From: Planctomycetota bacterium
GTDB lineage: Bacteria > Planctomycetota > B15-G4
Length of the DNA: 64,000 bases
Direction: 5' to 3'
Assembly: GCA_965248575.1 (NCBI GenBank)
Contig: CBDFJQ010000002.1
Location: 5,088,001 to 5,152,000, forward strand
The position numbers were made by a program, and so were the translations under genes. Below, in pieces: positions 1-10,065 of this stretch. The first letter of the stretch is position 1, and every line of letters begins with the position of its first letter. A model generated the notes under the pieces. The model was given only the letters and a program-made list of their open reading frames with translations, did not search any database and had not been told where the DNA came from.

Positions 1-711
1 GTTGCGCGAGCCGTAAGGTGACGCCGCGGCCGCTGTCAGCAGATCGTCCCGGGCGCCGGTCGGGGGCGTGTACGGGCCGTGCGGGTCCTGGTAGTGCACC
101 CAGAGGAAGACCGGCTGGGTCGCAGTGACCGGCGGGGTCTCCGTTGCGGAAGGAAGGGGGCGCAGGGCGTCCAGCACATGCAGGGCGGAGAGGGTCGTGT
201 CCGGGCCCACCCGCTCGGGCCAGCCCCGGATGGCCTCGGCCTCCGTGAACTCGTCGTCAAAGATGTCGAAGCCCGACGCCAGGCCCGTGGAGGCCCTGAG
301 TACGAAGTTGCTCACGACGGCACCTGTCTTCCACCCCGCTACGTGCAAGGTGTGGGCCAGGGTGGGCACGCCAGCCGGAACACCCGACTCGTTGTCCCGG
401 ATCCCGAGCTCCTCGGGATAGCGGCCCGTGAGCAGGCTGGCGACGGAAGGCAAGGTGAAGGAGGAGGCTGCGTAGGCCCGCTCGAAGAGCACGCTTTGCT
501 GCGCCAGGGCGTCCAATGCTGGCGTGAGTTGATGGGGATTGCCGTAGGCCCCCAGACGGTCCGCGCGCAGGGTGTCCACGGTCACCAAGAGCATCAGTGG
601 GGGAGCAGGGAGGCTGGAGGCGTCGGTCTCGCCCGAGCAGGCGCCCAAGACCAGGAGCGTGCTCAACAGCCAGGCGCGGCTCGCTCGGTGGACGTGTTGC
701 TCGGCTGTCAT
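1..711 (-). CDS. Sulfatase-like (alkaline phosphatase superfamily) lipoprotein, truncated by the window start
   Basis: Not in the ORF track. My translation from ATG 711 gives MTAEQHVHRASRAWLLSTLLVLGACSG...LLVTVDTLRADRLGAYG...TPALDALAQQSVLFERAYAASSFTLPSVASLLTGRYP. It has a lipobox (LGAC) and an ATGA overlap with the upstream stop at 708-710. Confidence 0.85.
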   Translation of the reverse strand, partial: MTAEQHVHRASRAWLLSTLLVLGACSGETDASSLPAPPLMLLVTVDTLRADRLGAYGNPHQLTPALDALAQQSVLFERAYAASSFTLPSVASLLTGRYPEELGIRDNESGVPAGVPTLAHTLHVAGWKTGAVVSNFVLRASTGLASGFDIFDDEFTEAEAIRGWPERVGPDTTLSALHVLDALRPLPSATETPPVTATQPVFLWVHYQDPHGPYTPPTGARDDLLTAAAASPYGSRN

Positions 712-2357
712 GGGTCGTTCCTGCGATAGACGCACACGCTGGACAGTTTGGCGAAGACGTCGGTATTGCGTTCGATGAAGCGCTCGGCCTGGCGACCGTT
801 GAGCTGGCGAAAGAGGCCTTCCGTCTTTTGAAGGTAGAACATGGCTTCGAGACGATAACGCGCGGCGACGGCTTCGTTCAGGCCTTCAAAGAGAGGCAGG
901 GGCACTCCGGGAGCCATGAGGTGCGACGTGGGGATGTTCACGTCCACGACGTAGCGGGGTCTGACGGCTTCGAACTGGGCGAGGGCCTCTCTCTGGCGCT
1001 CCTCCGAGTCGGGGTAACCGCCCGTGAGTGGGTAGGTGAAGATGTACTTGGTCGCGCTAGCGCGTCGTGCCAGGAACAGGATCTGGGGTTCTGAACCCAG
1101 GACGAAAATCTTCTCTTCGGCTTCGCTCCTGCTGGCGATGAAGTCGGCGATCAGTTGGGACTCAGCGAACGGGTTGGCGCCGTAGAGGCGTCGGGCGATG
1201 TCCGCAGGCTCCTGCGAGAGCAGGTCGAGGCGCGCCAGGCCTGGGGGCATCAGGAGCAGCAGGCTGACGAGCGCGATGCCCGGAATCAGGCCGCGGCCAG
1301 CGGCCGAGCGTGCCTGGAACTCGCGCAGCAGTGCGAGGGAGCCCAGGCCCGCCAACAGTGCCATGCCCGGTAGCCACTGGATGAAGTAGTGCTCCCGGAA
1401 GTAGAAGCCCGAGCAGACGCCGAGCAGGAGGAACAGGCTCCAGGCGATGGGCCAGGCCGCCGCCTTCCGAGCGGTTGGGTGGGCGATGGCCAGGAGGCCG
1501 AGGGCCCACAGCGCCCAGAACTCCGGGGCCTGGCTACGCAGTGCGTGAGCAAGACTGCTGAAGCCAGCAGAGGTGTCGGTGGACTGCACGTAGGCAAGGT
1601 TGTGCAGGAAGACGGCATCCAGGAAGTCAGGCCAGGCGTCTTGAGCGATGAAGCTCAGCACCACGGGCAGGATGGCCAAGAGGGTTCCGGCGGCCATCCA
1701 AAGGCAGCGCTGCACCCTGGTGGCCAGGCCCGGGAGACTTCCTGGGAGCGCGCACGCCGCGAGCAGCAAGCAAAGCCCGCTGGTCGCCGCGACCTGCTTG
1801 AACCAGAACGCTGCCATGCCAAAGAACCCAGCAAGCAGCCAATCGCGACCCCGTTCCGACTCCATGCCGCGCAGTACGCTGAGCAGGGACAGCGTCATGG
1901 GCAACACCATGTAGATCTCGGTGTTGGCGGCCTGCGCGAGGAGCGCCGGTGAGGAGCTGGCGACTCCGAACGCAAGGGCAGCGAAGCCGCCTACAAGGGA
2001 TCCATCGTTGGGGGCGTCGTCAGAAGCCGTTCGCTTGCCGATTCGGCGCCCCACGGCGTAGACCGCGAGCACGCTTGCCAACGTCCACAGCAACAAGCCG
2101 AGGTGGATGTCCCGGACGCTGTCACCCAGGAGCCGAAAGGTCAGCCAATAGGCAGCGAACACTCCCGGAGGTTTCTGGTCGAAGGCATCCCGATAGGGCA
2201 CATCGCCTTGGTCCATGCGCCAGGCGATGTACGCGTACTCACCTTCGTCACGTTCCAGGGGAACATCGAGCAGCGGCCAACGCAACGCGACGGTTGCGAG
2301 CAGCGCGAGGAGCAGAAGCCAGCGACCGGCTTGGAGGCGGCTGCCCGCGTCGGTCAT
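708..2357 (-). CDS. GT-C fold membrane glycosyltransferase (ArnT/PMT/GT39-like)
   Basis: Polytopic protein with RDEGEYAY in the first loop and PYRDAFDQKPPG; soluble C-terminal domain. Confidence 0.8.
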   Translation of the reverse strand: MTDAGSRLQAGRWLLLLALLATVALRWPLLDVPLERDEGEYAYIAWRMDQGDVPYRDAFDQKPPGVFAAYWLTFRLLGDSVRDIHLGLLLWTLASVLAVYAVGRRIGKRTASDDAPNDGSLVGGFAALAFGVASSSPALLAQAANTEIYMVLPMTLSLLSVLRGMESERGRDWLLAGFFGMAAFWFKQVAATSGLCLLLAACALPGSLPGLATRVQRCLWMAAGTLLAILPVVLSFIAQDAWPDFLDAVFLHNLAYVQSTDTSAGFSSLAHALRSQAPEFWALWALGLLAIAHPTARKAAAWPIAWSLFLLLGVCSGFYFREHYFIQWLPGMALLAGLGSLALLREFQARSAAGRGLIPGIALVSLLLLMPPGLARLDLLSQEPADIARRLYGANPFAESQLIADFIASRSEAEEKIFVLGSEPQILFLARRASATKYIFTYPLTGGYPDSEERQREALAQFEAVRPRYVVDVNIPTSHLMAPGVPLPLFEGLNEAVAARYRLEAMFYLQKTEGLFRQLNGRQAERFIERNTDVFAKLSSVCVYRRNDP

Positions 2358-3013
2358 CTTCCCGTTTCCGATTCCGCCGCTGTGCGCCCGCCGAGCGCCT
2401 CCAAGGTCATCAGGAACACCCGCTCGCCGTCGATGCTCTGCTCGTAGCGCACGGGGGCGCCTGGTTTCTGCTTCGCAAAGCTGTAGCGGCTGATGTCCAC
2501 GCCGCCTTCGGGCGTCTCGACGGTGACCGTGTACACCCAGCAGTCCCAGCTTCCCGACGGTGTCTCGACCGTCTGGTCCTCGATCAGGGTCGCGTCAGCG
2601 GGGAAGGTCGCATGGTGCTGCAACTCCACCCAGCTGGCTTCCTGGGAGACGGGCTCGCCCATCGTGTCGCCCTCCGCCGACTGCAGCTGGTTGGAGAGGG
2701 TGACGTGATCCGTTTCCCAAGCCACGACGGTCGTGGTCAGGAAGCTGGGCGGCTGCCCCGCGGGCTCCATGCGAAAGCGGGTCCAGAAGCCTACGGGCAT
2801 GGCGTCGCGGATCTGCTCGGCGCTGAACGGGTAGCGGGCGATGCCGCTGTCGTCGGCTGCCTCCGTCTCGAGGCCGTGCCCGGGTTCGCTCGCGGCGCCA
2901 GCCTCAGCGTCTCGCGACTGGACCGACGGACTCCCGCAGCCCAGCGCGAGGGTCACGACGAAGGTGGCCGCAGCCATGCCCAGCCAGTGTGCCTTCATGT
3001 CGCCCCGCATCAT
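2354..3013 (-). CDS. Hypothetical lipoprotein
   Basis: Signal peptide ending LALGC; beta-rich mature region; ATGA overlaps at both ends. Confidence 0.7.
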   Translation of the reverse strand: MMRGDMKAHWLGMAAATFVVTLALGCGSPSVQSRDAEAGAASEPGHGLETEAADDSGIARYPFSAEQIRDAMPVGFWTRFRMEPAGQPPSFLTTTVVAWETDHVTLSNQLQSAEGDTMGEPVSQEASWVELQHHATFPADATLIEDQTVETPSGSWDCWVYTVTVETPEGGVDISRYSFAKQKPGAPVRYEQSIDGERVFLMTLEALGGRTAAESETGR

Positions 3014-3417
3014 GCGTTGAGTGCATCCGCCCCGGCCTGGGCCACGGCGTGGTCGTCCTCCACGCTGCTGCCGGAGACGCCGATGGCGCCGACGATCTCT
3101 CCGGCACCGTTCGTGAGGGGCAGACCGCCGGGGAAGGTGATCAGCCCGCCGTTGCTGTGCTCGATGTTGAACAGCGGCTGGCCGGGTTGGCTCAGCTGTC
3201 CGATGGCGCCCGTGGGCATGTCAAAGGATCGTGCCGTGACCGCCTTCTTCATGGCGATGTCGATGGAGCCCAGCCAGGCACCGTCCATGCGGGCGAAGGC
3301 CTTGAGGTTCGTGCCCGCATCCACGATGGCCACGTTCATCTTCACGCCCATGGCCTTGCACTTCTCGAGGGCGGCAAGCAGAACGGCCTGGGCTTGATCG
3401 ATGGTGATGTCAGACAT
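3010..3417 (-). CDS. GlcG/HbpS family heme-binding protein
   Basis: [35 protein letters not shown] and FPGGLPL...[14 protein letters not shown] motifs; likely start ATG 3417. Confidence 0.9.
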   Translation of the reverse strand: MSDITIDQAQAVLLAALEKCKAMGVKMNVAIVDAGTNLKAFARMDGAWLGSIDIAMKKAVTARSFDMPTGAIGQLSQPGQPLFNIEHSNGGLITFPGGLPLTNGAGEIVGAIGVSGSSVEDDHAVAQAGADALNA

Positions 3418-3763
3418 GACGGGTGCAGTCTCCAGGGAGTCGGGGAGGAAGGGAGTTGACGATGGGGAGGTGCGCCGGTCGCGGGGGCCCGCCTTCATGG
3501 GCAGGGCCTTTGGCGAACCGGTGCTGACGAATGGTCGCCGCGATGGCTGCTTCGCGCAAGTCGCCGACACGCATGGCCGCGATGCGCTGGCAAGGCGTTT
3601 CGAACAGGATCGGAACTGGCCCCGGATGGGAAACCCAGGCTTTGGGTTAGGATGTCCGGCCGCCGCGCCGATGGCGTCGCACAGGTCATCACTCATGTCA
3701 GCTGCGAGGCCGGCGGTCTCGACCTCTCCACCCTCCTCTCCAGGCGCACCCACCTCTCCATCC

Positions 3764-4495
3764 ATGAAGATAAGTGGAGTCCTTCCGGTCTATCAGGAAG
3801 CGGGGTGTCTGGCCGCCAGCGTGAGGGAATTGAGCGAGTGCCTGGAGCGCCTCGCCCCGGGGTCCTGGGAGCTGGTGCTTGTCAATGACGGCAGCGGCGA
3901 TGACACCGGGGCGCTGATCGATGAGCTGGCGGCCGCCGACCCCCGCATCCGAGGTGCACACCACCAGCAGAACCAGGGCAAGGGGGCTGCCATCCGGACG
4001 GGCGTGGCCCTGACTCGGGGCGAGCTGGTGTTCTTCTCCGACGCGGACCTCTCGACGCCCGTGAACACCTTGGACGGTTTCCTGGAACGGATGACCGACG
4101 AGAGCGTGGACATCGTGGTGGGCAACCGGAAGAGCCAGGAGGCTGTCATCGAGCAGAGTCAGCCCTGGATCCGGGTCTACCTGGGTCTCGGGTTCACGAA
4201 GGTCGCCAACATGGTCACGGGGCTTTCGATCAGCGACTACACCTGCGGCTTCAAGCTCTTCCGGGGCGATGCCGCGCGTGAGGTGTTCGCTGAGCTGGAC
4301 ACGGCGCGCTGGTGCTTCGACGCCGAAGTGCTGGCCCGCGCCGCCCGGAAGGACATGAAGATCGTGGAGGTGCCGGTGGTCTGGCACCACGTGGAAGACA
4401 CTCGGGTGCGCGTTGCACGCGATATCGTGCAGTCTCTTGTGGAGTTGTGCGCCATTCGCCGCAAGCTGGGACGGGCTCCCAAGCGGAGGGGATGA
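3764..4495 (+). CDS. GT2 polyprenyl-phosphate glycosyltransferase (dolichyl-phosphate glucosyltransferase/DPM1-like)
   Basis: [28 protein letters not shown] and DYTCGFKLF motifs; the start could also be ATG 3695. Confidence 0.88.
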   Translation: MKISGVLPVYQEAGCLAASVRELSECLERLAPGSWELVLVNDGSGDDTGALIDELAAADPRIRGAHHQQNQGKGAAIRTGVALTRGELVFFSDADLSTPVNTLDGFLERMTDESVDIVVGNRKSQEAVIEQSQPWIRVYLGLGFTKVANMVTGLSISDYTCGFKLFRGDAAREVFAELDTARWCFDAEVLARAARKDMKIVEVPVVWHHVEDTRVRVARDIVQSLVELCAIRRKLGRAPKRRG

Positions 4496-4574
4496 CGCGC
4501 ACACTGGTGTTTCGGCTGATTGTTGCCCGCGGGGAAGTCTCTTGCACGAACTGTCGCTGGTCTCTCAACGTCCG

Positions 4575-6203
4575 ATGACGCTCTGGCTCAAGGGGGCGCT
4601 GGCTGCCCTGCTGATGTGCGCAGCCTGCGCGGTGCCGCAGGGTGCGGCAACCCCAGACGGTCCGGCTCCCGCTTCAGCCATCAAGGCGGGCTCCGAAGAG
4701 CCGGCAGCGGTGCGGGTACGGACCACGCCCCGGCTTGCCGCTGCGGGGAAGGCCATCCCGTCGGAACGTGCCTTGATGCTCGCCTCCCGGACACGGGCTC
4801 GCTTCGGCGCGGAGGTGGAGAGCTTGCTGGCACAACTGGTGTCCTTCGACACCTTTCATCGGGACGGGACGAGCAACGCGGACCACCCGAGCTTCCAGTC
4901 CATGACGACGTTCCTCAAGCAGTTCGCGGAGGGCGCAGGACTGAAGTTCGCCGACCACGGCAACGTCGTGGTGGTGAGCATGGGCGTGGCGCCGGACCGC
5001 CTGGGCGTCGTCACTCATGGCGACGTGCAGCCCGCGACTCCCAGCAAGTGGGCACGCAGCCCTTTCGAGTTGGACACGGCCAGCGAACCGGGGCGGCTGC
5101 TGGGGCGTGGAACCGAGGATGACAAGGGGCCCATCGCTTGTGCCCTGATCGCCATGCGTGAGTTGGCCGCCATGGACTGGGCTCTGGAGCGGCGCATCGA
5201 GTTGATCATCTCGTACACCGAAGAGTCGGACTGGGGCCCCTTTTCGGAGTTCCTTGCGCGCAATCCTCCCCCCTCGCTCAACGTCGCTTTCGACGCGGAC
5301 TATCCCGTCGTCGTGGCGGAGAAGGGTTGGTGCAGCGTGAAGGTGGGGCTGCCCGAACCCGAAGCTGTGGTGGCGATGATGGGCCCCCGTATCCTCAGCC
5401 TCTCGGGGGGCTTCTTCCTGAGCCAGGTGCCCGAGGATGCCGTGGCGCGGCTGGATGGTGTCGAGTCGGAGCTGGAGACTGACCTGCGCACTGCGGCAGC
5501 AGAGGACGCGGATGTCTCGTACAGCTTCCGTCGCGAGGGTGAGGTCCTGACCATCACCGCGCAGGGCGTCTCGGCCCACTCGTCGATCCCGGAAGAGGGG
5601 CGCAATGCCATCACGCATCTGGCGGCCCTGTTGGGGACGCACGAGAACTGGTTGGAGAGCCGGGCGGCGCGCATGGTGCGCTTCACCAATCAGCTGGTGG
5701 GCACGGGCTTCTACGGAGAGCTCTTCGGTGACCTCGCCCACTCCGACGACTTCATGGGCCCCCTGACCCTGTCCTTCGGAACCCTTGCTGAAGAGGGCGG
5801 CCTGCTACTGGCGGGGATCAACGTGCGCCGACCGGAGGGGCGCAGTCGAGAACAGGTCGAAGACAGCATCCGTAGCGCCGTGAGCGCATGGGCCGCAGAG
5901 AACGGTGTCTCAGGGCACACGCTCGAGATGTCCATCGAGCCGGCGCATCGCGTCCACGACGCGCCGCATGTGCCCATCCTGCTGGAAACCTTCAAGCACT
6001 ACACGGGGACGGCGGAGGCGGAGCCTCTCTCCATTGGCGGGGGCACCCACGCGCGCATGGTTCCGCATGGGGTGAACTTCGGTCCCGCCATGCCCGGCGC
6101 CCTCTACACCGGGCATTCCGAGCACGAGTTCATCACGCGTAAGCAACTGCTCAAGAACCTGGAGATGTACACATCCTTGCTGGTGGACCTCGCGGTTCGC
6201 TGA
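4575..6203 (+). CDS. M20 family dipeptidase (PepV/Sapep-like), probably exported or lipid-anchored
   Basis: THGDVQP, GRGTEDDKGP, TEES, GGGTHAR and GHSEHE motifs; hydrophobic N-terminus ending CAAC. Confidence 0.88.
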   Translation: MTLWLKGALAALLMCAACAVPQGAATPDGPAPASAIKAGSEEPAAVRVRTTPRLAAAGKAIPSERALMLASRTRARFGAEVESLLAQLVSFDTFHRDGTSNADHPSFQSMTTFLKQFAEGAGLKFADHGNVVVVSMGVAPDRLGVVTHGDVQPATPSKWARSPFELDTASEPGRLLGRGTEDDKGPIACALIAMRELAAMDWALERRIELIISYTEESDWGPFSEFLARNPPPSLNVAFDADYPVVVAEKGWCSVKVGLPEPEAVVAMMGPRILSLSGGFFLSQVPEDAVARLDGVESELETDLRTAAAEDADVSYSFRREGEVLTITAQGVSAHSSIPEEGRNAITHLAALLGTHENWLESRAARMVRFTNQLVGTGFYGELFGDLAHSDDFMGPLTLSFGTLAEEGGLLLAGINVRRPEGRSREQVEDSIRSAVSAWAAENGVSGHTLEMSIEPAHRVHDAPHVPILLETFKHYTGTAEAEPLSIGGGTHARMVPHGVNFGPAMPGALYTGHSEHEFITRKQLLKNLEMYTSLLVDLAVR

Positions 6204-6207
6204 CGCT

Positions 6208-7467
6208 CTATGCTGGAGCGAGGCCCAGGCTTGGCCACGAGCCGCCGAGGACGGGAGCCGCCGGGACGCCGATCCACTCTTCAATCAGGCTGGCGTAGAC
6301 CGTTCTGAAGTCCGTCGTGAACTGAACGTCTCCACGCTCATCCAGGGCCTCGAGATTCGGCGGCGCTCCATAGCGACCTCCTTTGAGCGCGCTGCCGGCG
6401 ACGAACACCGGTCCAGCCGTCCCGTGATCCGTTCCGCCGCTGGCATTCGCAGCCACACGCCGTCCGAACTCGCTGTGCACCATCACGGCCACATGCTCTG
6501 CGAGGCCGCCGGCTTCGAGGTCCGCGAGGAATGCATCCAGGGCGCCGTCGAGCTCCGCCAGCAGGCGCCCCTGTCGATCCGCCTGGGCCGTGTGCGTATC
6601 AAAACCGCCCATGCTCAGGGCAAAGACCCGGGTCTCCAAGCCGCCTGCGATCAGGCTCGCCACCAGGCGCAAGTCGTCGGCGAGGTCGGTGCTGGGGTAG
6701 TTCACACGGGGCTGGTAGTCGCTCGATGCCAGGCGGATCGCATCCGAGGAGCGTCGAGCGTCCATGTAGGAGCGCTTGAGGAACTCCCGGGCCCTGTCGG
6801 ACACGTCGTCCGCGGCCACGGCTGTGTCGAGAGCCTCGACGAGTTGGTCGTCCCCGAGCACACGAAAGGCTGCGGGGCGCGTCAGGGCGATGGCCCGGCA
6901 CTGCTCAGCCCGACAGGAATAAGGGACCTTGGTGCCCAGGCTGAGCACGGCGTTGGGGTCACCAGACTGGGCGAAGTGTGCGTCGGCCAGGCGTCCCAGC
7001 CACCCGGTCTCGCGACCGCGGCCACTCATGTCCGCGGTGTGCCAGATGTCCCGCGACAAGAAGTGGGAGCGCTGCGGTTCGGGATAGCCGACGCCTTCGA
7101 TGATCGCCAGCTGGCCACGCTGGAAGCGCTCTGCTAGGCCGGCCAGGGACGGGTGGAGCCCGGTGCTGTCATCCAGGGCCAGCGCATCCGTGATGGCCAG
7201 CTCGCCTCGGGCGCGCAGATAGGTGTCGTTTCTGCGGGGCACCACGGTGTTCAGGCCGTCGTTGCCTCCGGCGAGTTCGAGCACGACCAGGACGGGTTTT
7301 CTCGCGCTGGACGCGGCGGCCAGCGCCGACTGACCGAAGGCAGGAAGCTTGGGGGTCCGAGGCAGTCCGGGGATCCAAGCTGCCGCAGCCAGGGCGGCGG
7401 CTTGCCGCAGGAACTTGCGCCGCGTGTCGGCAGCAGCGTGCAGCTCGTGTCGCGTGTTTGGGTTCAT
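6208..7467 (-). CDS. DUF1501 domain protein with Tat signal
   Basis: TRRKFLRQ Tat motif; LAGGNDGLNTVVP, RSHF, GGFDTH and SEFGRRVAANASGGTDHG motifs. Confidence 0.9.
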   Translation of the reverse strand: MNPNTRHELHAAADTRRKFLRQAAALAAAAWIPGLPRTPKLPAFGQSALAAASSARKPVLVVLELAGGNDGLNTVVPRRNDTYLRARGELAITDALALDDSTGLHPSLAGLAERFQRGQLAIIEGVGYPEPQRSHFLSRDIWHTADMSGRGRETGWLGRLADAHFAQSGDPNAVLSLGTKVPYSCRAEQCRAIALTRPAAFRVLGDDQLVEALDTAVAADDVSDRAREFLKRSYMDARRSSDAIRLASSDYQPRVNYPSTDLADDLRLVASLIAGGLETRVFALSMGGFDTHTAQADRQGRLLAELDGALDAFLADLEAGGLAEHVAVMVHSEFGRRVAANASGGTDHGTAGPVFVAGSALKGGRYGAPPNLEALDERGDVQFTTDFRTVYASLIEEWIGVPAAPVLGGSWPSLGLAPA

Positions 7468-7517
7468 GGGTTCCTCCCGAAGCGTGGACGTGGACGAGGG
7501 CGGACGTCCAGGAGTCT

Positions 7518-9191
7518 TCAGTTCAGCTGGTACTCAGGCAGGCTGAGCAACATATGAGCAACGTCCAAGACCAGCTCGGCGGTCTGGGTGTCGCTCAGGC
7601 GATAGGCCTCCGCACCAAAGGGTGCGAGGTACTCTGCGAGGCGCGCCCGGGTCTCCGGGGAGGGAGCCACGGGAAGCAGGCGTTCACAGAGAGCGGTGAC
7701 AGCGGCATCGGGTTGGTCTGCGTTTCGGGTCAGGGATGCGACGTCCGCCTGCTCCTTCCAGCTCTTCAAGTCGCGCGTGCCCTTGGGCAGTGCCTTGCGT
7801 AACTCGCGACCCTCGTCGGACCGCAGCCAGGCCTTGTCCACGCCGCCCAGTAGCATCCAGGCAACGTTGGCACGCAGCAGGATCGTCGAGCTGCTGATCC
7901 AGGATTCGCCGCCTTCCCAGCCCTTCACGTTGGGCGGGTTCAAGAGGTCCTGTCCGAGCAACTCACAGGCGGAGGCCATGAAGGGACCAGGTGGCGGAGC
8001 CAGTTCGAGCCTTCTGAGGGTGGACACCACGAACTCCACCGGGCTCTTGAAGAGGGCGGCGCGTGCGTCGCGGGCGTAGAAGTCGGGCGAGCGGAACATC
8101 TGCGTCAACAACGGGCGCAGCGCGTAGCCGTGTCCTCGGAACGTGGTGGCGAGCTCCGCGACCCAGGCTTCGTTGGGCTCTGGCGTCGCATAGAATGCGA
8201 GCAACTTGCGCACGACGAAGGTCGCCGTCGAGTCTTGCTCCAAGAGGATGTCCAGCACATCCTCGGCATCAAAGTCACCGGTTCGACCCAGGAAAGTCTT
8301 CGAGCTGCGGTCGTGGCGTCTGCGGCTGAACCGTGCCTCGCCTGTGTCCTTGTCCGTGCGCCAACCTGTGAATGCCCGAGCGGCTTCCACGATGTCTTGC
8401 TCGCTGTAGTTTCCCTCGCCGAGCGTGAAGAGCTCCATCACTTCGCGAGCGAAGTTTTCGTTGGGCGCGCCCTTCTTGTTCTTGTCGTTGTTCAGGTAGC
8501 TGAGCATCGCCGGGTCGAGGGCCACGGTGTGTAGCAGCGAGCCGAACGACCCCATGCCTTCACGTCGGAAGCGCTCCACCTGCTGGATCATGGCGTGCGA
8601 GTCCTTCACCGTCCTTTGGGATGAGGTGAAGTGGCCGTGCCAGAAGACAGCCAGCTTCTCGCGAGCCGGGTAGGTGCCGCGCGCCATGGTCGTGAGCCAG
8701 AACTCCCGGTAGTCGCCGACCTGCTGCTTGTCGTTGCGGCGGGTGCTCTTGCGAAGATCCTTGCGTTCGTCTTCGCCGTCCATCGCCCGCCTCTCTTTTT
8801 TGCCCTGGAGACGGTAGGCCGTGCTGGGGAAGGCAGGGGGGGCGGAGAGGTCAGAGCCGAGCAGGTTGTCAACAGCGGCCTCGGGTCCCAAGGCGTGCAG
8901 GGCGCGCACCTCGGCGGGCGTGCCCCCAAAGGCTGCCCGGTCGAGTAGGTGACGGGCGGCGGCCAGATCCCAGGTGAAGGACTCAGCAGCCGGGTCGGGG
9001 GCCTGGTCCGCCAAGCTTTGCGTCACGCCCCGGGGGGCGAGCAACGCCAGCGCCAGGAGCGGCGCCCAGGCCAGAGAGGAGCGCGCACACACCGAAGGCG
9101 TGAGGGAGGAAGCGCTGAATGGCCAACTGACGAGCTGGGGTGGGGCACGCACGGGGCATCTCCGAAGACACGCAGCAACGACTCTCACCAC
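7518..9191 (-). CDS. DUF1800 domain protein
   Basis: HLLDRAAFG, FWHGHF, PNENFAREVMELFTLG, AARAFTGW and PPNVKGW motifs; exact start uncertain. Confidence 0.9.
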   Translation of the reverse strand: MVRVVAACLRRCPVRAPPQLVSWPFSASSLTPSVCARSSLAWAPLLALALLAPRGVTQSLADQAPDPAAESFTWDLAAARHLLDRAAFGGTPAEVRALHALGPEAAVDNLLGSDLSAPPAFPSTAYRLQGKKERRAMDGEDERKDLRKSTRRNDKQQVGDYREFWLTTMARGTYPAREKLAVFWHGHFTSSQRTVKDSHAMIQQVERFRREGMGSFGSLLHTVALDPAMLSYLNNDKNKKGAPNENFAREVMELFTLGEGNYSEQDIVEAARAFTGWRTDKDTGEARFSRRRHDRSSKTFLGRTGDFDAEDVLDILLEQDSTATFVVRKLLAFYATPEPNEAWVAELATTFRGHGYALRPLLTQMFRSPDFYARDARAALFKSPVEFVVSTLRRLELAPPPGPFMASACELLGQDLLNPPNVKGWEGGESWISSSTILLRANVAWMLLGGVDKAWLRSDEGRELRKALPKGTRDLKSWKEQADVASLTRNADQPDAAVTALCERLLPVAPSPETRARLAEYLAPFGAEAYRLSDTQTAELVLDVAHMLLSLPEYQLN

Positions 9192-9279
9192 GAGAGCCAG
9201 GCGCCCACCCTATCAAGCGTTCATGAGATCGCTGTGAGAGTAAGACTGGCCGATGGGCGCACCGGTCATGCTCTGGCCC

Positions 9280-9603
9280 TTACTCGCCATAGAGGTGCAG
9301 CCAGGTCTGGGACCAGATTCCCAGGATCGAGAGCACCTCGACGTCGGCGTAACGCACCTGCTTGAAACCGTGACGCTTTGCTGTTTGGCCGATGCCCTGC
9401 TCGCCCCAATCAACCCGCAGGCTGTTGATGACGACGTGCTTGGTGCCGTGCCGGAATTGCCGGCCGGTGTCGCTGCTCACGTCGAGTTCGTGCCCGCTCA
9501 TGTTGGTGTCGAGGGGCGCGGTGACATGGTTGTAGATGGCGCCGCAGCTCGTGAGCAGAAGCCCGCAGAGCAGGCCGGAAAGCAGATGTCGGGAGGCGGT
9601 CAT
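9280..9603 (-). CDS. TRL-like family small lipoprotein
   Basis: C-terminal part of ORF 9280..10653, from ATG 9603; lipobox LTSC; WGEQGI...ADVEVLSILGIW...YGE. Confidence 0.75.
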   Translation of the reverse strand: MTASRHLLSGLLCGLLLTSCGAIYNHVTAPLDTNMSGHELDVSSDTGRQFRHGTKHVVINSLRVDWGEQGIGQTAKRHGFKQVRYADVEVLSILGIWSQTWLHLYGE

Positions 9604-9893
9604 TCGCCGTAGACGATCGTGGTCTGGCGGCTGTAGAGGCCGAACAGGTAGGCCATGAACTCGAGGTCCATGTGGTGCACCTTGGTGATGTTGCCGTTGG
9701 CCACGGCAGCCTGGGTGCCGCGATCGCCCCAGGCGACGAGCCACATGACGCTGTGAGCACTTGCGCGGCCCACCTTGTCGCCGAGCACCGTGGCGTGGAC
9801 ATCCTGGTCGAGCGGGACCACGACCTTGGTGTAGAGGCAGGCCGGGCTGGCCAGGAGCAACAGACCGAGGCAGAGCAGACGGGCAAGACGCAT
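9600..9893 (-). CDS. TRL-like family small lipoprotein
   Basis: Starts at ATG 9893; signal ending SPAC; KVGRASAHSVMWLVAWGDRG...GLYSRQTTIVYGE. Confidence 0.78.
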   Translation of the reverse strand: MRLARLLCLGLLLLASPACLYTKVVVPLDQDVHATVLGDKVGRASAHSVMWLVAWGDRGTQAAVANGNITKVHHMDLEFMAYLFGLYSRQTTIVYGE

Positions 9894-10065
9894 GAATCGT
9901 TCTCCGGGTGGGCGCCGAGCGTAGCAGCCCAAGGTCGTGAAGGAAGGCCCTGGGCTGTTCGTATGATGCGTTTCCCGGACGCGGCCAGGGCGTTCGGGCT
10001 GACGCCCCGGGCCCAATCCCTGCTCCTGGGCTTGATTCGGCTTCCGCGTTCGAGACCCTGTCGGC

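Noticed and set aside
3723..3760. CCTCTCCA repeated three times before the GT2 start
   Set aside because: It can be explained as a Ser/Pro-rich N-terminal extension from ATG 3695; irregular spacing and no evidence of function.
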